Position numbers and translations under genes: made by a program. Positions 1-7,752 of a stretch of 64,000 nt of DNA are shown here, piece by piece. Origin of the DNA: Candidatus Limnocylindrales bacterium (GTDB taxonomy: Bacteria > Chloroflexota > Limnocylindria > Limnocylindrales > CSP1-4). Location of the stretch: positions 933 to 64,932 of the forward strand of contig JBBQLI010000002.1 in assembly GCA_038327765.1 (NCBI GenBank). The letters are read 5' to 3'. The first letter of the stretch is position 1. Each line of letters starts with the position of its first letter. The notes under the pieces are model-generated. The model had not been told where the DNA came from, ran no database searches, and was given only the letters and a program-made list of their open reading frames with translations.

Positions 1-221
1 GCGCCGAGGTCCCGGGCCGTCGCGGCATACCCGGCCAGCGTCTGCGAGAGGATCGCCCGCGCCTCGACGCCGAGGTGGTGCCGATCATGGACGGCCGCAC
101 CAAGCCCCAGGAAGGCCGACTCGTCGACGATCGGCTCCAGCCGATGATCCGCGATGCCGGCGACCAGGAGATGGACCGAGTTCGAACCGACGTCGATCGA
201 CGCCCCGACCGCTGGCGGCAT
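1..221 (-). CDS. ppx: Exopolyphosphatase / pppGpp phosphohydrolase (Ppx/GppA family), N-terminal fragment; the 3' part lies beyond the left edge
   Basis: Reverse translation from ATG at 221..219 reads MPPAVGASIDVGSNSVHLLVAGIADHRLEPIVDESAFLGLGAAVHDRHHLGVEARAILSQTLAGYAATARDLGA with no stop before the window edge. IDVGSNSVHLLV is the ASKHA phosphate-1 motif of Ppx/GppA. It is not in the ORF track because no stop lies inside the window. Confidence 0.7.
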   Translation of the reverse strand, partial: MPPAVGASIDVGSNSVHLLVAGIADHRLEPIVDESAFLGLGAAVHDRHHLGVEARAILSQTLAGYAATARDLG

Positions 222-252
222 CGATCGACTTCGTGGCGGGGTCGACCCCGGA

Positions 253-1038
253 TCAGGCGCCAGTGGTGGGCTTTCGCGGGGTCCGCGTCTTGGCCGCGGT
301 GGCGCGCGGAGAGCGAGTCGTGGTGGCCGGCTTCCGGGTCGCAGGCTTGCGGGTCGCAGGCTTGCGGGTCGCAGCTGCCGGCTTCGGCGCAGCGGCCGGC
401 GTCGGCGGGGCCGCCGGGGAGGCGATCGGCTTGGTCGTCGCGGGCTTGCGGGTTGCCGGCGTCCGGCTGGCGCTCGCGGGCTTGCCGGCTGTCTGCTTGT
501 GGGCAGCGGCCTTCGCCTTCGGCTTTGCCACGACCGCGGACGTGACGGCTCCCGTCGACGTGGCGGAGGCCGGCTTCGCCTTCGGCGTGCGGGTCGCGAC
601 CGGCTTCGACTTCGACTTCGACTTGGCGGCCGACGTCGCCGCCGCTGGCGTCTTCACGGGCGAGACGGCCGCGGCTGCCGTGCTCGATGCAGCGCCGATA
701 TCGGCCACAGCACCGGCAGCGGCGTTCGCCGCCGACCCCACGGCCTGGCTCACGATCTGGGCGACCCGACCGGCGATCCTGCCCACCTCGGCGGCGGCTT
801 CGCCGGCCTGCTTCGACCGCTTCGAGATCTCCTTCTTGCCCTTGCCGGCCTTCGCCGAGGCCAGTTGGTGGACGCGCTTCGACTCGGTCTGGCGCGCCGC
901 GGTCAGCTTCGATTCGAGTTTATGGAGCTCTCGTGCGGCCCCCTTGGACAAGGGCATGACCGCGGCCTTCGCGTCATCGACCAGGCCGCTCGCGGCGGTC
1001 TTGACCGCGGCCGCCGTGGACTTGTGCTTCTTCGGCAT
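253..1038 (-). CDS. Lys/Ala/Pro-rich histone H1-like repeat protein (AKP-repeat DNA-binding tail as in AlgP / PhaF / Hlp C-terminus)
   Basis: ORF 253..1203 trimmed to the ATG at 1038 (MPKKHKSTAAAVK...). The N-terminal half looks helical. The C-terminal half is AKSKSKSKP, PKAKPA and ATRKPATRKPATRKPATT repeats. GC3 is high in this frame. The + strand ORF 233..1528 over the same DNA is an Ala/Gly/Val-rich mirror image. Confidence 0.55.
   Translation of the reverse strand: MPKKHKSTAAAVKTAASGLVDDAKAAVMPLSKGAARELHKLESKLTAARQTESKRVHQLASAKAGKGKKEISKRSKQAGEAAAEVGRIAGRVAQIVSQAVGSAANAAAGAVADIGAASSTAAAAVSPVKTPAAATSAAKSKSKSKPVATRTPKAKPASATSTGAVTSAVVAKPKAKAAAHKQTAGKPASASRTPATRKPATTKPIASPAAPPTPAAAPKPAAATRKPATRKPATRKPATTTRSPRATAAKTRTPRKPTTGA
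331..375. repeat. 15-bp tandem DNA repeat (cttSCgggtcgcagg units, about 3 copies) encoding the ATRKP peptide repeat
   Basis: cttccgggtc gcaggcttgcgggtc gcaggcttgcgggtc gcagc is read directly from the sequence. It lies in frame inside the K/A/P-rich CDS. Confidence 0.8.
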
Positions 1039-1156
1039 TCGACGTGTCTCCCGTCGCCAGGCCTCGGAGCCCGGCATCATGGTCCCGGCGGTGGGTCTCG
1101 GTCCGACGTGCCAGGGCTCGCAAACGTACCATCGGAACGTTAACGACGGAGGCACG

Positions 1157-1528
1157 ATGCCATACATCTTGATCGGGGTGGGCGGGTTCGCCGGCGCGAT
1201 CACGCGCTACGTGGTCGATGGGTTCGTGTCGGATCGCACCGGCGGCGGCTTCCCGTGGGGCACCTTCGTGATCAATCTCACGGGTTCCTTCGTGCTGGGG
1301 CTGCTGTTCGCGCTGAGCCAGGAGCGGGCGATCCTGCCCGCAGACATCCGGGCGCCCGTCATGATCGGCTTCATCGGCGCGTACACCACCTTCTCGACAT
1401 GGATGCTCGAGTCGTGGCGGCTCATGGAGGCGGGCGCCTGGTCATCGGCCGTCGCGAACCTCGGCGGTTCGCTCGTGCTCGGCCTGGTGGCCGTCTTCCT
1501 TGGCATGACGCTCGGGAGGGCGATCTGA
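1157..1528 (+). CDS. crcB: Fluoride ion channel CrcB/FluC
   Basis: The C-terminal 123 aa of ORF 233..1528, from ATG 1157 (GGAGG 6-7 nt upstream), read MPYILIGVGGFAGAITRYVV...GTFVINLTGSFVLG...GFIGAYTTFSTW. This is the typical 4-TM CrcB with the GxxTTFSTF/W signature. Confidence 0.9.
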   Translation: MPYILIGVGGFAGAITRYVVDGFVSDRTGGGFPWGTFVINLTGSFVLGLLFALSQERAILPADIRAPVMIGFIGAYTTFSTWMLESWRLMEAGAWSSAVANLGGSLVLGLVAVFLGMTLGRAI

Positions 1529-1878
1529 TGGAGATCACAGGACGCGCACTGATCGCCCGGATCTACATCGGCGAGGCCGATCGACACGACGGCCAGCCGC
1601 TGTACCACATGATCGTGGCGCTGCTCCGTGAGCACGGGCTCGCCGGGGCCACGGTGTTGCGCGGTATCGAGGGATACGGCGCGAACTCCCACCTGCACAC
1701 CACCCGGATCCTGCGCCTGTCCGAAGACCTGCCGATCGTCATCGAGGTCGTCGATCAGGAGGATCGCCTGCGAGCCGTGCTTCCGGAGGTCGATGCGCTG
1801 ATCGGCGACGGGCTGATCACGCTCGAACGCGTGGAGGTGTTCGCCTACCGCGCCAACGGGCCGACCACCCAAGACTAA
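1528..1878 (+). CDS. DUF190 (PII-like fold) protein, the usual crcB partner
   Basis: MEITGRALIARIYIGEADRHDGQPLYHMIVALLREHGLAGATVLRGIEGYG... The start ATG shares one base with the crcB stop (TGATG at 1526-1530). A DUF190/crcB pairing is a well-known synteny. Confidence 0.8.
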   Translation: MEITGRALIARIYIGEADRHDGQPLYHMIVALLREHGLAGATVLRGIEGYGANSHLHTTRILRLSEDLPIVIEVVDQEDRLRAVLPEVDALIGDGLITLERVEVFAYRANGPTTQD

Positions 1879-1934
1879 CGGCACGTTAACGCCGGCCGAA
1901 CACCGGGTTATCCGGGGGCGGCGACGCTCAGGCC

Positions 1935-2627
1935 ATGCCACCTTCCGACGCAGGACACGCTGCGCTGCGTCCCGGCTGGATCGGGCTGGCCGTGGACGGG
2001 CCGCTGCTCGCCCTCGCAGACCGGGCACGGATCGTCGGCGACATCGCGGCGTTCATGGCGCTGGTGGACCAGGCGCGGCCACGGATCGCGGTCGTCAGCG
2101 AGCCCCCGGCAACCGCGGAGCTCCTTGATTGGCTGGCCCACGAACGACGGCGCCGCACGCGGCTGCGGATCGTCCACCTTGCGGCTGAGGACGCGGTCGA
2201 TGCACGGCTCGACGCGCTACGCCGCGGCTTCGATGCAGCCCTTCCCTCCACCATCGAACCGGACGAACTGCACGGTCGCCTATCGCTTCTTGACGAGGGC
2301 GCGCACCCGCCGCCTGGAACGGCCATCGAGATCGCGGCGGGCCTCGAACTCGACCTGATGGCGCACGAGTTGCGGCGCGACGGCGCCCCGGTCCACCTCC
2401 GCCCCAAGGAGTTCCAGCTCCTGGCGATGCTGGCGGGGCATCCCGGTCGCGCCTATTCGCGTCGGCAGCTGCTCGACCGGGTGTGGGGCCAGGAGCATGA
2501 CGGCGATCCTCGCACGGTCGACGTCCACATCCGCTGGCTGCGGTCGAAGATCGAGCGCGATCCCGCGCGGCCGGTCCTGGTCACGCTGCGCGGGATCGGC
2601 TATCGCTTGGACCCGCCGGACCGCTAA
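1935..2627 (+). CDS. OmpR/PhoB-type winged-helix regulator with a degenerate (pseudo-)receiver domain
   Basis: The C-terminus is a classical OmpR wHTH: LRPKEFQLLAMLAGHPGRAYSRRQLLDRVWG...RTVDVHIRWLRSKIE...LVTLRGIGYRL. The N-terminal 120 aa are receiver-like, but the phospho-acceptor position reads RIAVVSEPP (Ser instead of Asp), the acidic pair is reduced to one Asp (LAVDG), and the conserved Lys position reads LPSTI. Confidence 0.75.
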   Translation: MPPSDAGHAALRPGWIGLAVDGPLLALADRARIVGDIAAFMALVDQARPRIAVVSEPPATAELLDWLAHERRRRTRLRIVHLAAEDAVDARLDALRRGFDAALPSTIEPDELHGRLSLLDEGAHPPPGTAIEIAAGLELDLMAHELRRDGAPVHLRPKEFQLLAMLAGHPGRAYSRRQLLDRVWGQEHDGDPRTVDVHIRWLRSKIERDPARPVLVTLRGIGYRLDPPDR

Positions 2628-2806
2628 CCGCGCGCGTCTGGCTCCGGCTCGTTCTGCGGGCGATCGAAGCCCGGCAACTCCTCGAGATCGGCACCGGTGG
2701 GTTCGCCGGTGTTCGGCTCCTTCAACCTGGCGCCACCGATGGGTCCTTCGATGATGTCGCTCGCGTCCGGCCCGTCGGCCCCGGCACTGGTCTCATCCTG
2801 GTTCAT
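2624..2806 (-). CDS. Small acidic protein (60 aa), unknown function
   Basis: ORF 2624..2848 trimmed to the ATG at 2806, which is preceded by GAAGGAGG with a 6-nt spacer. The protein reads MNQDETSAGADGPDASDIIEGPIGGARLKEPNTGEPTGADLEELPGFDRPQNEPEPDARG. I recognise no homology. Confidence 0.4.
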   Translation of the reverse strand: MNQDETSAGADGPDASDIIEGPIGGARLKEPNTGEPTGADLEELPGFDRPQNEPEPDARG

Positions 2807-2875
2807 CGCGACCTCCTTCGACGTCTGGGCCCATCGGGCCGCGACCAAGCGTACCCGCGGCAGGTGCGGACGTGG

Positions 2876-3275
2876 TCACTCGTGGGTCGGTGATCGGTCG
2901 TCCAGGATCCGGTCGGCCTTGCGGTCGATCCGCCCCCTTGTCGGCGGAGCTGAGCTCCCCCTACTCCCTCGGCCGTCTCGGTGATCAGGTACAGCTCGTG
3001 GATGCCCGCGGAGCGAGCGAGATCCTCGGCATGGGCGACCAGGTCGCGGCCGAGGCCTTCGCCGCGACGGTCTGGCGAGACCACCACGGACCGGGGCAGG
3101 GCGGCGCCGTCATGTGCTTCAAGCGCTGCGGCGCCGACGCGCCGACGCGCGGACCGTGACGAGCCACGACGCCGAGCGCGAAGGCCTCGACCGCGCCATC
3201 GAGCGGGAGATCGGCGTCGACGAGCAGCGCCTCGACCGCCGCCAGATCCGATGATCACGCGGTCTCGATCCGCAT
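2876..3275 (-). pseudogene. arsN2: Disrupted ArsN2-type GNAT N-acetyltransferase
   Basis: Three reading frames must be joined. MRIETA-TGA(3257..3255)-SSDLAAVEALLVDADLPLDGAVEAFALGVVARHGPRVGA switches frame at an 8-bp tandem duplication (cgccgacg x2, 3132-3147) into AAALEAHDGAALPRSVVVSPDRRGEGLGRDLVAHAEDLARSAGIHELYLITETAEG (GNAT motif A). There is another frame change near 2960-2970. The ATG overlaps the arsM stop (TGATG). Confidence 0.7.
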
Positions 3276-4084
3276 CAGCAGCAGCCACCCGCACCGCATC
3301 CGCAGCTGGCTTCGGCCATCGGAAGACCCTCCGTCGCCGCGTCGATGAACGGTCGGGCGTCGGCGGGCTTGGTGGCCTTGATGATCGCGCTGACCATCCC
3401 GTCCGCGACGCTGTGCGTGCTCGTGAGCGAGATATCGGTCAGACCGACGGCAGCCAGACCGGCACGGAACTCGGAGAAGGACAGGGCTCCCGCGATGCAG
3501 CCGACGTAGGAGCCGCGCTCGGCCCGCTGCTCCGCCGTCAGGTGATCCTCGGCGACGATGTCGGTGATACCCATGCGACCGCCGGGCCGGAGGACACGCG
3601 CGATCTCGCGGAACACGGCCGGCTTGTCCGCGGCGAGGTTGATGACGCAGTTGCTGATCACGACGTCGACCGAATCCGCGGGCAGTGGGATGTCCTCGAT
3701 CGTGCCTCGCACGAATTCGACATTGGTGGCTCCGGCGTCGGCGACATTGCGCTGCGCGAGGGCGAGCATCTCATCGGTCATGTCCAGGCCGATGGCGCGA
3801 CCCGTGGGGCCGACCCGCCTGGCCGACAGCAGCACATCGATCCCGCCGCCGGACCCAAGGTCGAGCACCCGCTCGCCCTCACGGAGCTCCGCGACCGCGA
3901 TGGGATTGCCGCAACCGAGCGATGCAAGGACGGCAGCTTCCGGGAGTTCGTCGCGCTCGAGCACGGAATAGAGCTCGGCGCCGATGGTGTCGGCGCTGCT
4001 GCTGCAGCACGAACCGTCACGAGCCTGGACCGCGGCGGCCGCATAGCGCGCGCGGACTTCCTGGTGGATGGTCTCGATGGTCAT
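3275..4084 (-). CDS. arsM: Arsenite S-adenosylmethionine methyltransferase
   Basis: ORF 3275..4708 trimmed to the ATG at 4084. The protein reads [19 protein letters not shown]...DGSCCSS...ASLGCGNP...[38 protein letters not shown]...ISNCVINL...YVGCIAGAL...CGCGAGGCC. It shows the conserved Cys pairs and SAM-binding GxGxG of ArsM. Confidence 0.9.
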   Translation of the reverse strand: MTIETIHQEVRARYAAAAVQARDGSCCSSSADTIGAELYSVLERDELPEAAVLASLGCGNPIAVAELREGERVLDLGSGGGIDVLLSARRVGPTGRAIGLDMTDEMLALAQRNVADAGATNVEFVRGTIEDIPLPADSVDVVISNCVINLAADKPAVFREIARVLRPGGRMGITDIVAEDHLTAEQRAERGSYVGCIAGALSFSEFRAGLAAVGLTDISLTSTHSVADGMVSAIIKATKPADARPFIDAATEGLPMAEASCGCGAGGCC

Positions 4085-4092
4085 GGCGGTCC

Positions 4093-4263
4093 TCAGCAGC
4101 TGGTGGGCGCCCCGCGCACGACGCGCGAGAGACGCTCGAACAGGGTGGTCGATGCGGCGCGACAAGCGCGAGCGCACAGGGCGATCGTGGCCAGACGGTC
4201 GGCGTGCGTACGTCGCTCGCGCTCCTCCCGGATGACGGCGATGAATTCGGGTGTCGGGTACAT
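4093..4263 (-). CDS. Small Cys-containing protein (56 aa), unknown function; first cistron of the arsM operon
   Basis: ORF 4093..4335 trimmed to the ATG at 4263, with AAGGAG 8 nt upstream. The protein reads MYPTPEFIAVIREERERRTHADRLATIALCARACRAASTTLFERLSRVVRGAPTSC. GC3 is about 80% in this frame. Its stop lies 8 nt before the arsM ATG. Confidence 0.5.
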   Translation of the reverse strand: MYPTPEFIAVIREERERRTHADRLATIALCARACRAASTTLFERLSRVVRGAPTSC

Positions 4264-4287
4264 GGTCTCGGCTCCTTGGTGTGTGCT

Positions 4288-4323
4288 GTATTGATACTTG
4301 ACGATATCGATAGTTGTCAATAC
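4288..4323. promoter_or_regulatory. AT-rich imperfect palindrome in the arsR / arsM-operon divergent promoter; putative ArsR operator
   Basis: The sequence is gtattgatacttgacgatatcgatagttgtcaatac. The outer 7-bp arms GTATTGA/TCAATAC are perfect and the core CGATATCG is palindromic. It is by far the most AT-rich stretch in this region and lies between the two divergent start codons. Confidence 0.6.
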
Positions 4324-4324
4324 C

Positions 4325-4663
4325 ATGCCCGACATGAAGCGCCAGACCGACCCCGATGTCCTCCTCCTCCAGGCAGCCGCGGATCCGAATCGCCTCGCGA
4401 TCCTGCGTCAGCTCGCCGCATCGGATGGCGTGTGCGCCTGCGATTTCACGGATTGCTGCGACGTGGCCCAGCCCACCGTGAGCCACCACCTCAAGGTCCT
4501 GCGCGATGGCGGCTGGGTGCGCAGCGAGCGACGCGCCTCGTTCATCTACTACTTCCTGCGGCCCGAGGCGGTGGAGCGCTTCCAGCAGATCTGCGGCGAG
4601 ATGTCGCCGGCCGCCGGTCTCGTCTCGACCCGGGCGCTGCCGGTCATCCAGCCGCAGGCCTGA
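4325..4663 (+). CDS. arsR: ArsR/SmtB-family metalloregulator
   Basis: MPDMKRQTDPDVLLLQAAADPNRLAILRQLAASDGVCACDFTDCCDVAQPTVSHHLKVLRDGGWV... It has an ArsR HTH with the VCxC As(III)-binding motif. The start is taken at 4325, downstream of the palindrome. ATG 4334 and GTG 4298 are alternatives. Confidence 0.85.
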   Translation: MPDMKRQTDPDVLLLQAAADPNRLAILRQLAASDGVCACDFTDCCDVAQPTVSHHLKVLRDGGWVRSERRASFIYYFLRPEAVERFQQICGEMSPAAGLVSTRALPVIQPQA

Positions 4664-4702
4664 CGGCGGATCGCGCGACCTCGGGCTGAGCACCTCCGGG
4701 CC

Positions 4703-4746
4703 GTTCACGGAGCGTTAACGAACCGCGAACGAGCCGTTCACCCCCG
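4703..4746 (+). promoter_or_regulatory. PHO box: four consecutive 11-nt direct repeat units
   Basis: The units are GTTCACggagc GTTAACgaacc GCGAACgagcc GTTCACccccg, with exact 11-nt phasing, about 120 nt upstream of pstS. They match the actinobacterial PhoP/RegX3 direct-repeat unit (GTTCAC core). Confidence 0.7.
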
Positions 4747-4866
4747 GGAGCGACGGTGGAGTCGTCAAGCGAGGGAGACCGAAGACCCCTGCCGACCGGG
4801 CCATCCCCAGGCCCGCCCGACCGATCGCGTGCCGAACTGTCGCGCGACATCAGGAGGAACAAGAGA

Positions 4867-5781
4867 GTGACGCTCACGACCCCGAAGCGCCTCGGCGCGC
4901 TGGCCTTGGTGGCCGCGATCGCCATCGGCGCATGCTCAGGCTCGACTGCCACGTCAAGTCCATCAGCCGCTGGGCCGAGCGCGGCCCCGAGCACCGCGGG
5001 CGGCAGCCCTGCCGCATGCGTCGCTGGCAAGATCACGGCCCTCGGCTCCACAGCCCTTCAGCCGCTGGTCGACGCGGCCGGCAAGAAGTACACCGCCGCA
5101 TGCCCCGGTGCCACGGTCGACGTGCAGGGCGGCGGTTCCGGCACCGGCCTGACCCAGGTCCTTGGTGGTGGCGCGGATATCGGCAACTCCGACGTCACCG
5201 CGGAGTCGAAGCTCAAGCCGGAGGAAGCCTCCCAGCTGGTCGACCACGTCGTGGCGCGCCAGGGCTGGGTCGTCGTCCTCAACAAGGACATCACCGGCGT
5301 CACGAACCTGACCTCGGCCCAGGAGACCGATATCTGGACCGGCAAGGTCACCAACTGGAAGGACGTCGGCGGGAATGACCTCGCCATCGTCCTGATCCTG
5401 CGCCCCGCCTCCTCGGGCACTCGCTCGGTCTTCAAGAAGATCGTCCTTGGCGGCGCGACCGAGGCGAACGGGACCGCCCTCACCGAAGACTCCAACGGTG
5501 CGGTCACGACCGCCGTCAGCAAGACGTCCGGTTCGATCAGCGTCGTCGGGTTCGCCTACTACCAGCAGAACAAGGGTGACCTCACGGCCATCCAGCTCGA
5601 CGGGGTCGACGCCTCGGTCGCCAACCTGACCAACGGCACCTACAAGCTGCAGGGCTTCGGTCACATGTACTCCAAGGGAGCCGCGACCGGGCTTGGCCAG
5701 GCCTTCCTGACCTACATGCTGAGCGACGACGTCCAGAAGACCCTCATCCCCTCGCTGTTCTACGGCCCCGCCGGGCAGTAA
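4867..5781 (+). CDS. pstS: Phosphate ABC transporter substrate-binding lipoprotein
   Basis: GTG 4867 has CAGGAGGA 9 nt upstream. The lipobox is LVAAIAIGAC. Diagnostic motifs: GSTALQPLV...GGGSGTGL...SSGTRSVF.... Confidence 0.9.
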   Translation: MTLTTPKRLGALALVAAIAIGACSGSTATSSPSAAGPSAAPSTAGGSPAACVAGKITALGSTALQPLVDAAGKKYTAACPGATVDVQGGGSGTGLTQVLGGGADIGNSDVTAESKLKPEEASQLVDHVVARQGWVVVLNKDITGVTNLTSAQETDIWTGKVTNWKDVGGNDLAIVLILRPASSGTRSVFKKIVLGGATEANGTALTEDSNGAVTTAVSKTSGSISVVGFAYYQQNKGDLTAIQLDGVDASVANLTNGTYKLQGFGHMYSKGAATGLGQAFLTYMLSDDVQKTLIPSLFYGPAGQ

Positions 5782-5891
5782 CCTCGCCTTCCGGACGGAC
5801 GACCCCGTGCTCGGACGGGGTCGTCCGTCGACCATTTCTGGCAGGATCGTGGGACGATCCACCAACGACGCCATGACGACTGGAGTTCCGG

Positions 5892-6833
5892 GTGACCAAC
5901 GCCGCCGCCTCCCTCGCCGCCACCCCGATGGCTCGGCCGGCCACGCTCCGTGAGCGGCTTGACCTGCCGAAACGGGTCACGCTGGCCGCGGCTGCCGTGG
6001 TCGTCCTGCTCGTCGGCCTGCTCCTCTCCTTCATCGCCTGGAACGGCATCCAGATCTTCACGGATGCCGGGGTCCCCCTCGGCCAGATCTTCTCGACGAC
6101 GTGGTCGCCCACGGAGGACGTCGGCGAGGTCGCGAACTTCGGCATCCTGCCGTTCATCGCGGGGACGCTCGGCGTCATGGTCGTCGCCGCAGCGATCGCG
6201 ACGCCGCTCTCCGTGGGTCTCGCCCTCTTCATGGCGGAGATCGCCCCGAACTGGGCCCGCTCCATCACGCGACCGGCGATGGAAGTCTTCGTCGGGATCC
6301 CGAGCGTGGTCTATGGCTGGCTTGGCCTGACGATCCTCGTCCCGTTCCTCCAGCAGAACCTCAAGGGACTCGGGTTCACCGTCGGGTTCAGCTGGTTCGC
6401 TGGCTCGCTCGTGCTCGCCCTCATGATCCTCCCCACGATCTCGAGCATCGCCTACGACAGCTTCATCACGGTGCCGGGCGAACTGCGGAACGCCTCGCTG
6501 GCCCTCGGGACGACACGCTGGCAGACGATCCGCCACGTGCTCCTGAAGGCGGCGGGCACCGGGATCGTCACCGCGATCGTCCTCGGCATGATGCGCGCCG
6601 CCGGCGAGGCGCTCGCCGTCCAGATGGTGATCGGCAACCGCCCGGTCATGCCGACGAGCCTCACCCAGCCGCTGACCACGCTGACCAGCCAGATCACGCT
6701 GGACATGGGCAACACCGTGGCCGGGTCGCCGTGGAACGAATCACTCTGGACGATGGGGCTGGTCCTCCTCCTCATGTCCCTCGGGTTCGTGACGATCGTC
6801 CGCATCCTCTCGCGCCGTGGCGGCCGGGCATGA
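5892..6833 (+). CDS. pstC: Phosphate ABC transporter permease PstC
   Basis: Multi-TM protein with the EAA-type loop ...[23 protein letters not shown].... Confidence 0.9.
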   Translation: MTNAAASLAATPMARPATLRERLDLPKRVTLAAAAVVVLLVGLLLSFIAWNGIQIFTDAGVPLGQIFSTTWSPTEDVGEVANFGILPFIAGTLGVMVVAAAIATPLSVGLALFMAEIAPNWARSITRPAMEVFVGIPSVVYGWLGLTILVPFLQQNLKGLGFTVGFSWFAGSLVLALMILPTISSIAYDSFITVPGELRNASLALGTTRWQTIRHVLLKAAGTGIVTAIVLGMMRAAGEALAVQMVIGNRPVMPTSLTQPLTTLTSQITLDMGNTVAGSPWNESLWTMGLVLLLMSLGFVTIVRILSRRGGRA

Positions 6834-7717
6834 GACGAACCCTGCTCGCGGACCGGATCGCGACTGCCGTCCTGTGGGCCATCGCGGTCTTCGTGGTCCT
6901 GATCCTCGTCGCGATCATCGCCCATTTCCTGCTGGCGGCGATCGGGACCATCGGTCCGTCCTTCCTCTTCGGCGACCCGAGCGACTCGAGCGTCGGCGGC
7001 GTGGGGCCGATCCTGTGGAACTCGATCTACATCCTGATCCTGACCCTGCTGATCACCGTCCCGCTCGGACTGCTCGGCGGGATCTACCTCGCGGAGTACG
7101 CGAAGCCGTCCCCACTCACGACGCTCATCCGCTTCTGCCAGGAGCTCATCAGCTCGGTCCCGTCGATCGTGGTCGGGCTGTTCGGGCTGGCGCTGTTCGT
7201 GAATGCCACCCATTGGGGGTTCACCGCGCTCAGTGGCGCGCTTGCGCTGACCGTGTTCAATCTGCCCCTGATGGCGCGCCTGGCCGAACAGGCGATCCGC
7301 GCGGTCCCCGATGACGAGCGGAGCGCGAGTCTCGCCCTCGGCACGACCAAATGGGACACCATCGTCCACGTCGTCCTGCCGATCGCGATCCCGGGCCTCG
7401 TCACGGCGATCATCCTCACCGCGGGACGGATCTTCGGGGAGGCGGCGGCGCTCATCTTCACGGCCGGGCTCTCTACCCCGACCCACTACGACTTCGCGAA
7501 CCTCGACCTGACCGATCCGCGCTCGCCGTGGAGTCCATTCCATGCTGCGACCACCCTCTCGGTCTACATCTGGAAGATCAATTCCGAGGGTCTCGGGAGT
7601 TTCGTGCAACAGATCGCCGACACGACCTCGGCGGTGCTCGTGATCCTTGTCCTGTTCTTCAATCTCAGCGCCAGAGGTCTGGGGCGGGCGCTCCAGCGAC
7701 GTGTCACCGGCGCGTGA
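6830..7717 (+). CDS. pstA: Phosphate ABC transporter permease PstA
   Basis: From ORF 6101..7717, in frame at ATG 6830 ([21 protein letters not shown]...). ATGA overlap with the pstC stop. Diagnostic motif: ...[24 protein letters not shown].... Confidence 0.9.
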   Translation: MRRTLLADRIATAVLWAIAVFVVLILVAIIAHFLLAAIGTIGPSFLFGDPSDSSVGGVGPILWNSIYILILTLLITVPLGLLGGIYLAEYAKPSPLTTLIRFCQELISSVPSIVVGLFGLALFVNATHWGFTALSGALALTVFNLPLMARLAEQAIRAVPDDERSASLALGTTKWDTIVHVVLPIAIPGLVTAIILTAGRIFGEAAALIFTAGLSTPTHYDFANLDLTDPRSPWSPFHAATTLSVYIWKINSEGLGSFVQQIADTTSAVLVILVLFFNLSARGLGRALQRRVTGA

Positions 7718-7752
7718 CGATCGACCGTGACCTACCATCGCCGGAGGACCCG

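Noticed and set aside
1039-1156. Possible fluoride (crcB-motif) riboswitch upstream of crcB.
   Set aside because: The 3' part (AAACGUACCAUCGGAACGUUAACGACGGAGG) loosely resembles the AAACGC-hairpin-UAAUGA segment. I could not find the 5' GGnGAUGGnGUUCnCC element or a consistent pseudoknot. It needs cmsearch with RF01734, and I do not call it.
233-1528. 431-aa ORF treated as one CDS.
   Set aside because: Only the last 123 aa (from ATG 1157, with an SD) are CrcB. The upstream 300 aa are the Ala/Gly/Val-rich mirror of the K/A/P-rich gene on the minus strand.
2803-3294. 163-aa ORF as an intact GNAT acetyltransferase.
   Set aside because: Only its central part is GNAT-like. The N- and C-terminal parts are Arg-rich out-of-frame read-through. 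The real N-terminus is in another frame behind a TGA, joined through an 8-bp duplication, so it is called a pseudogene instead.
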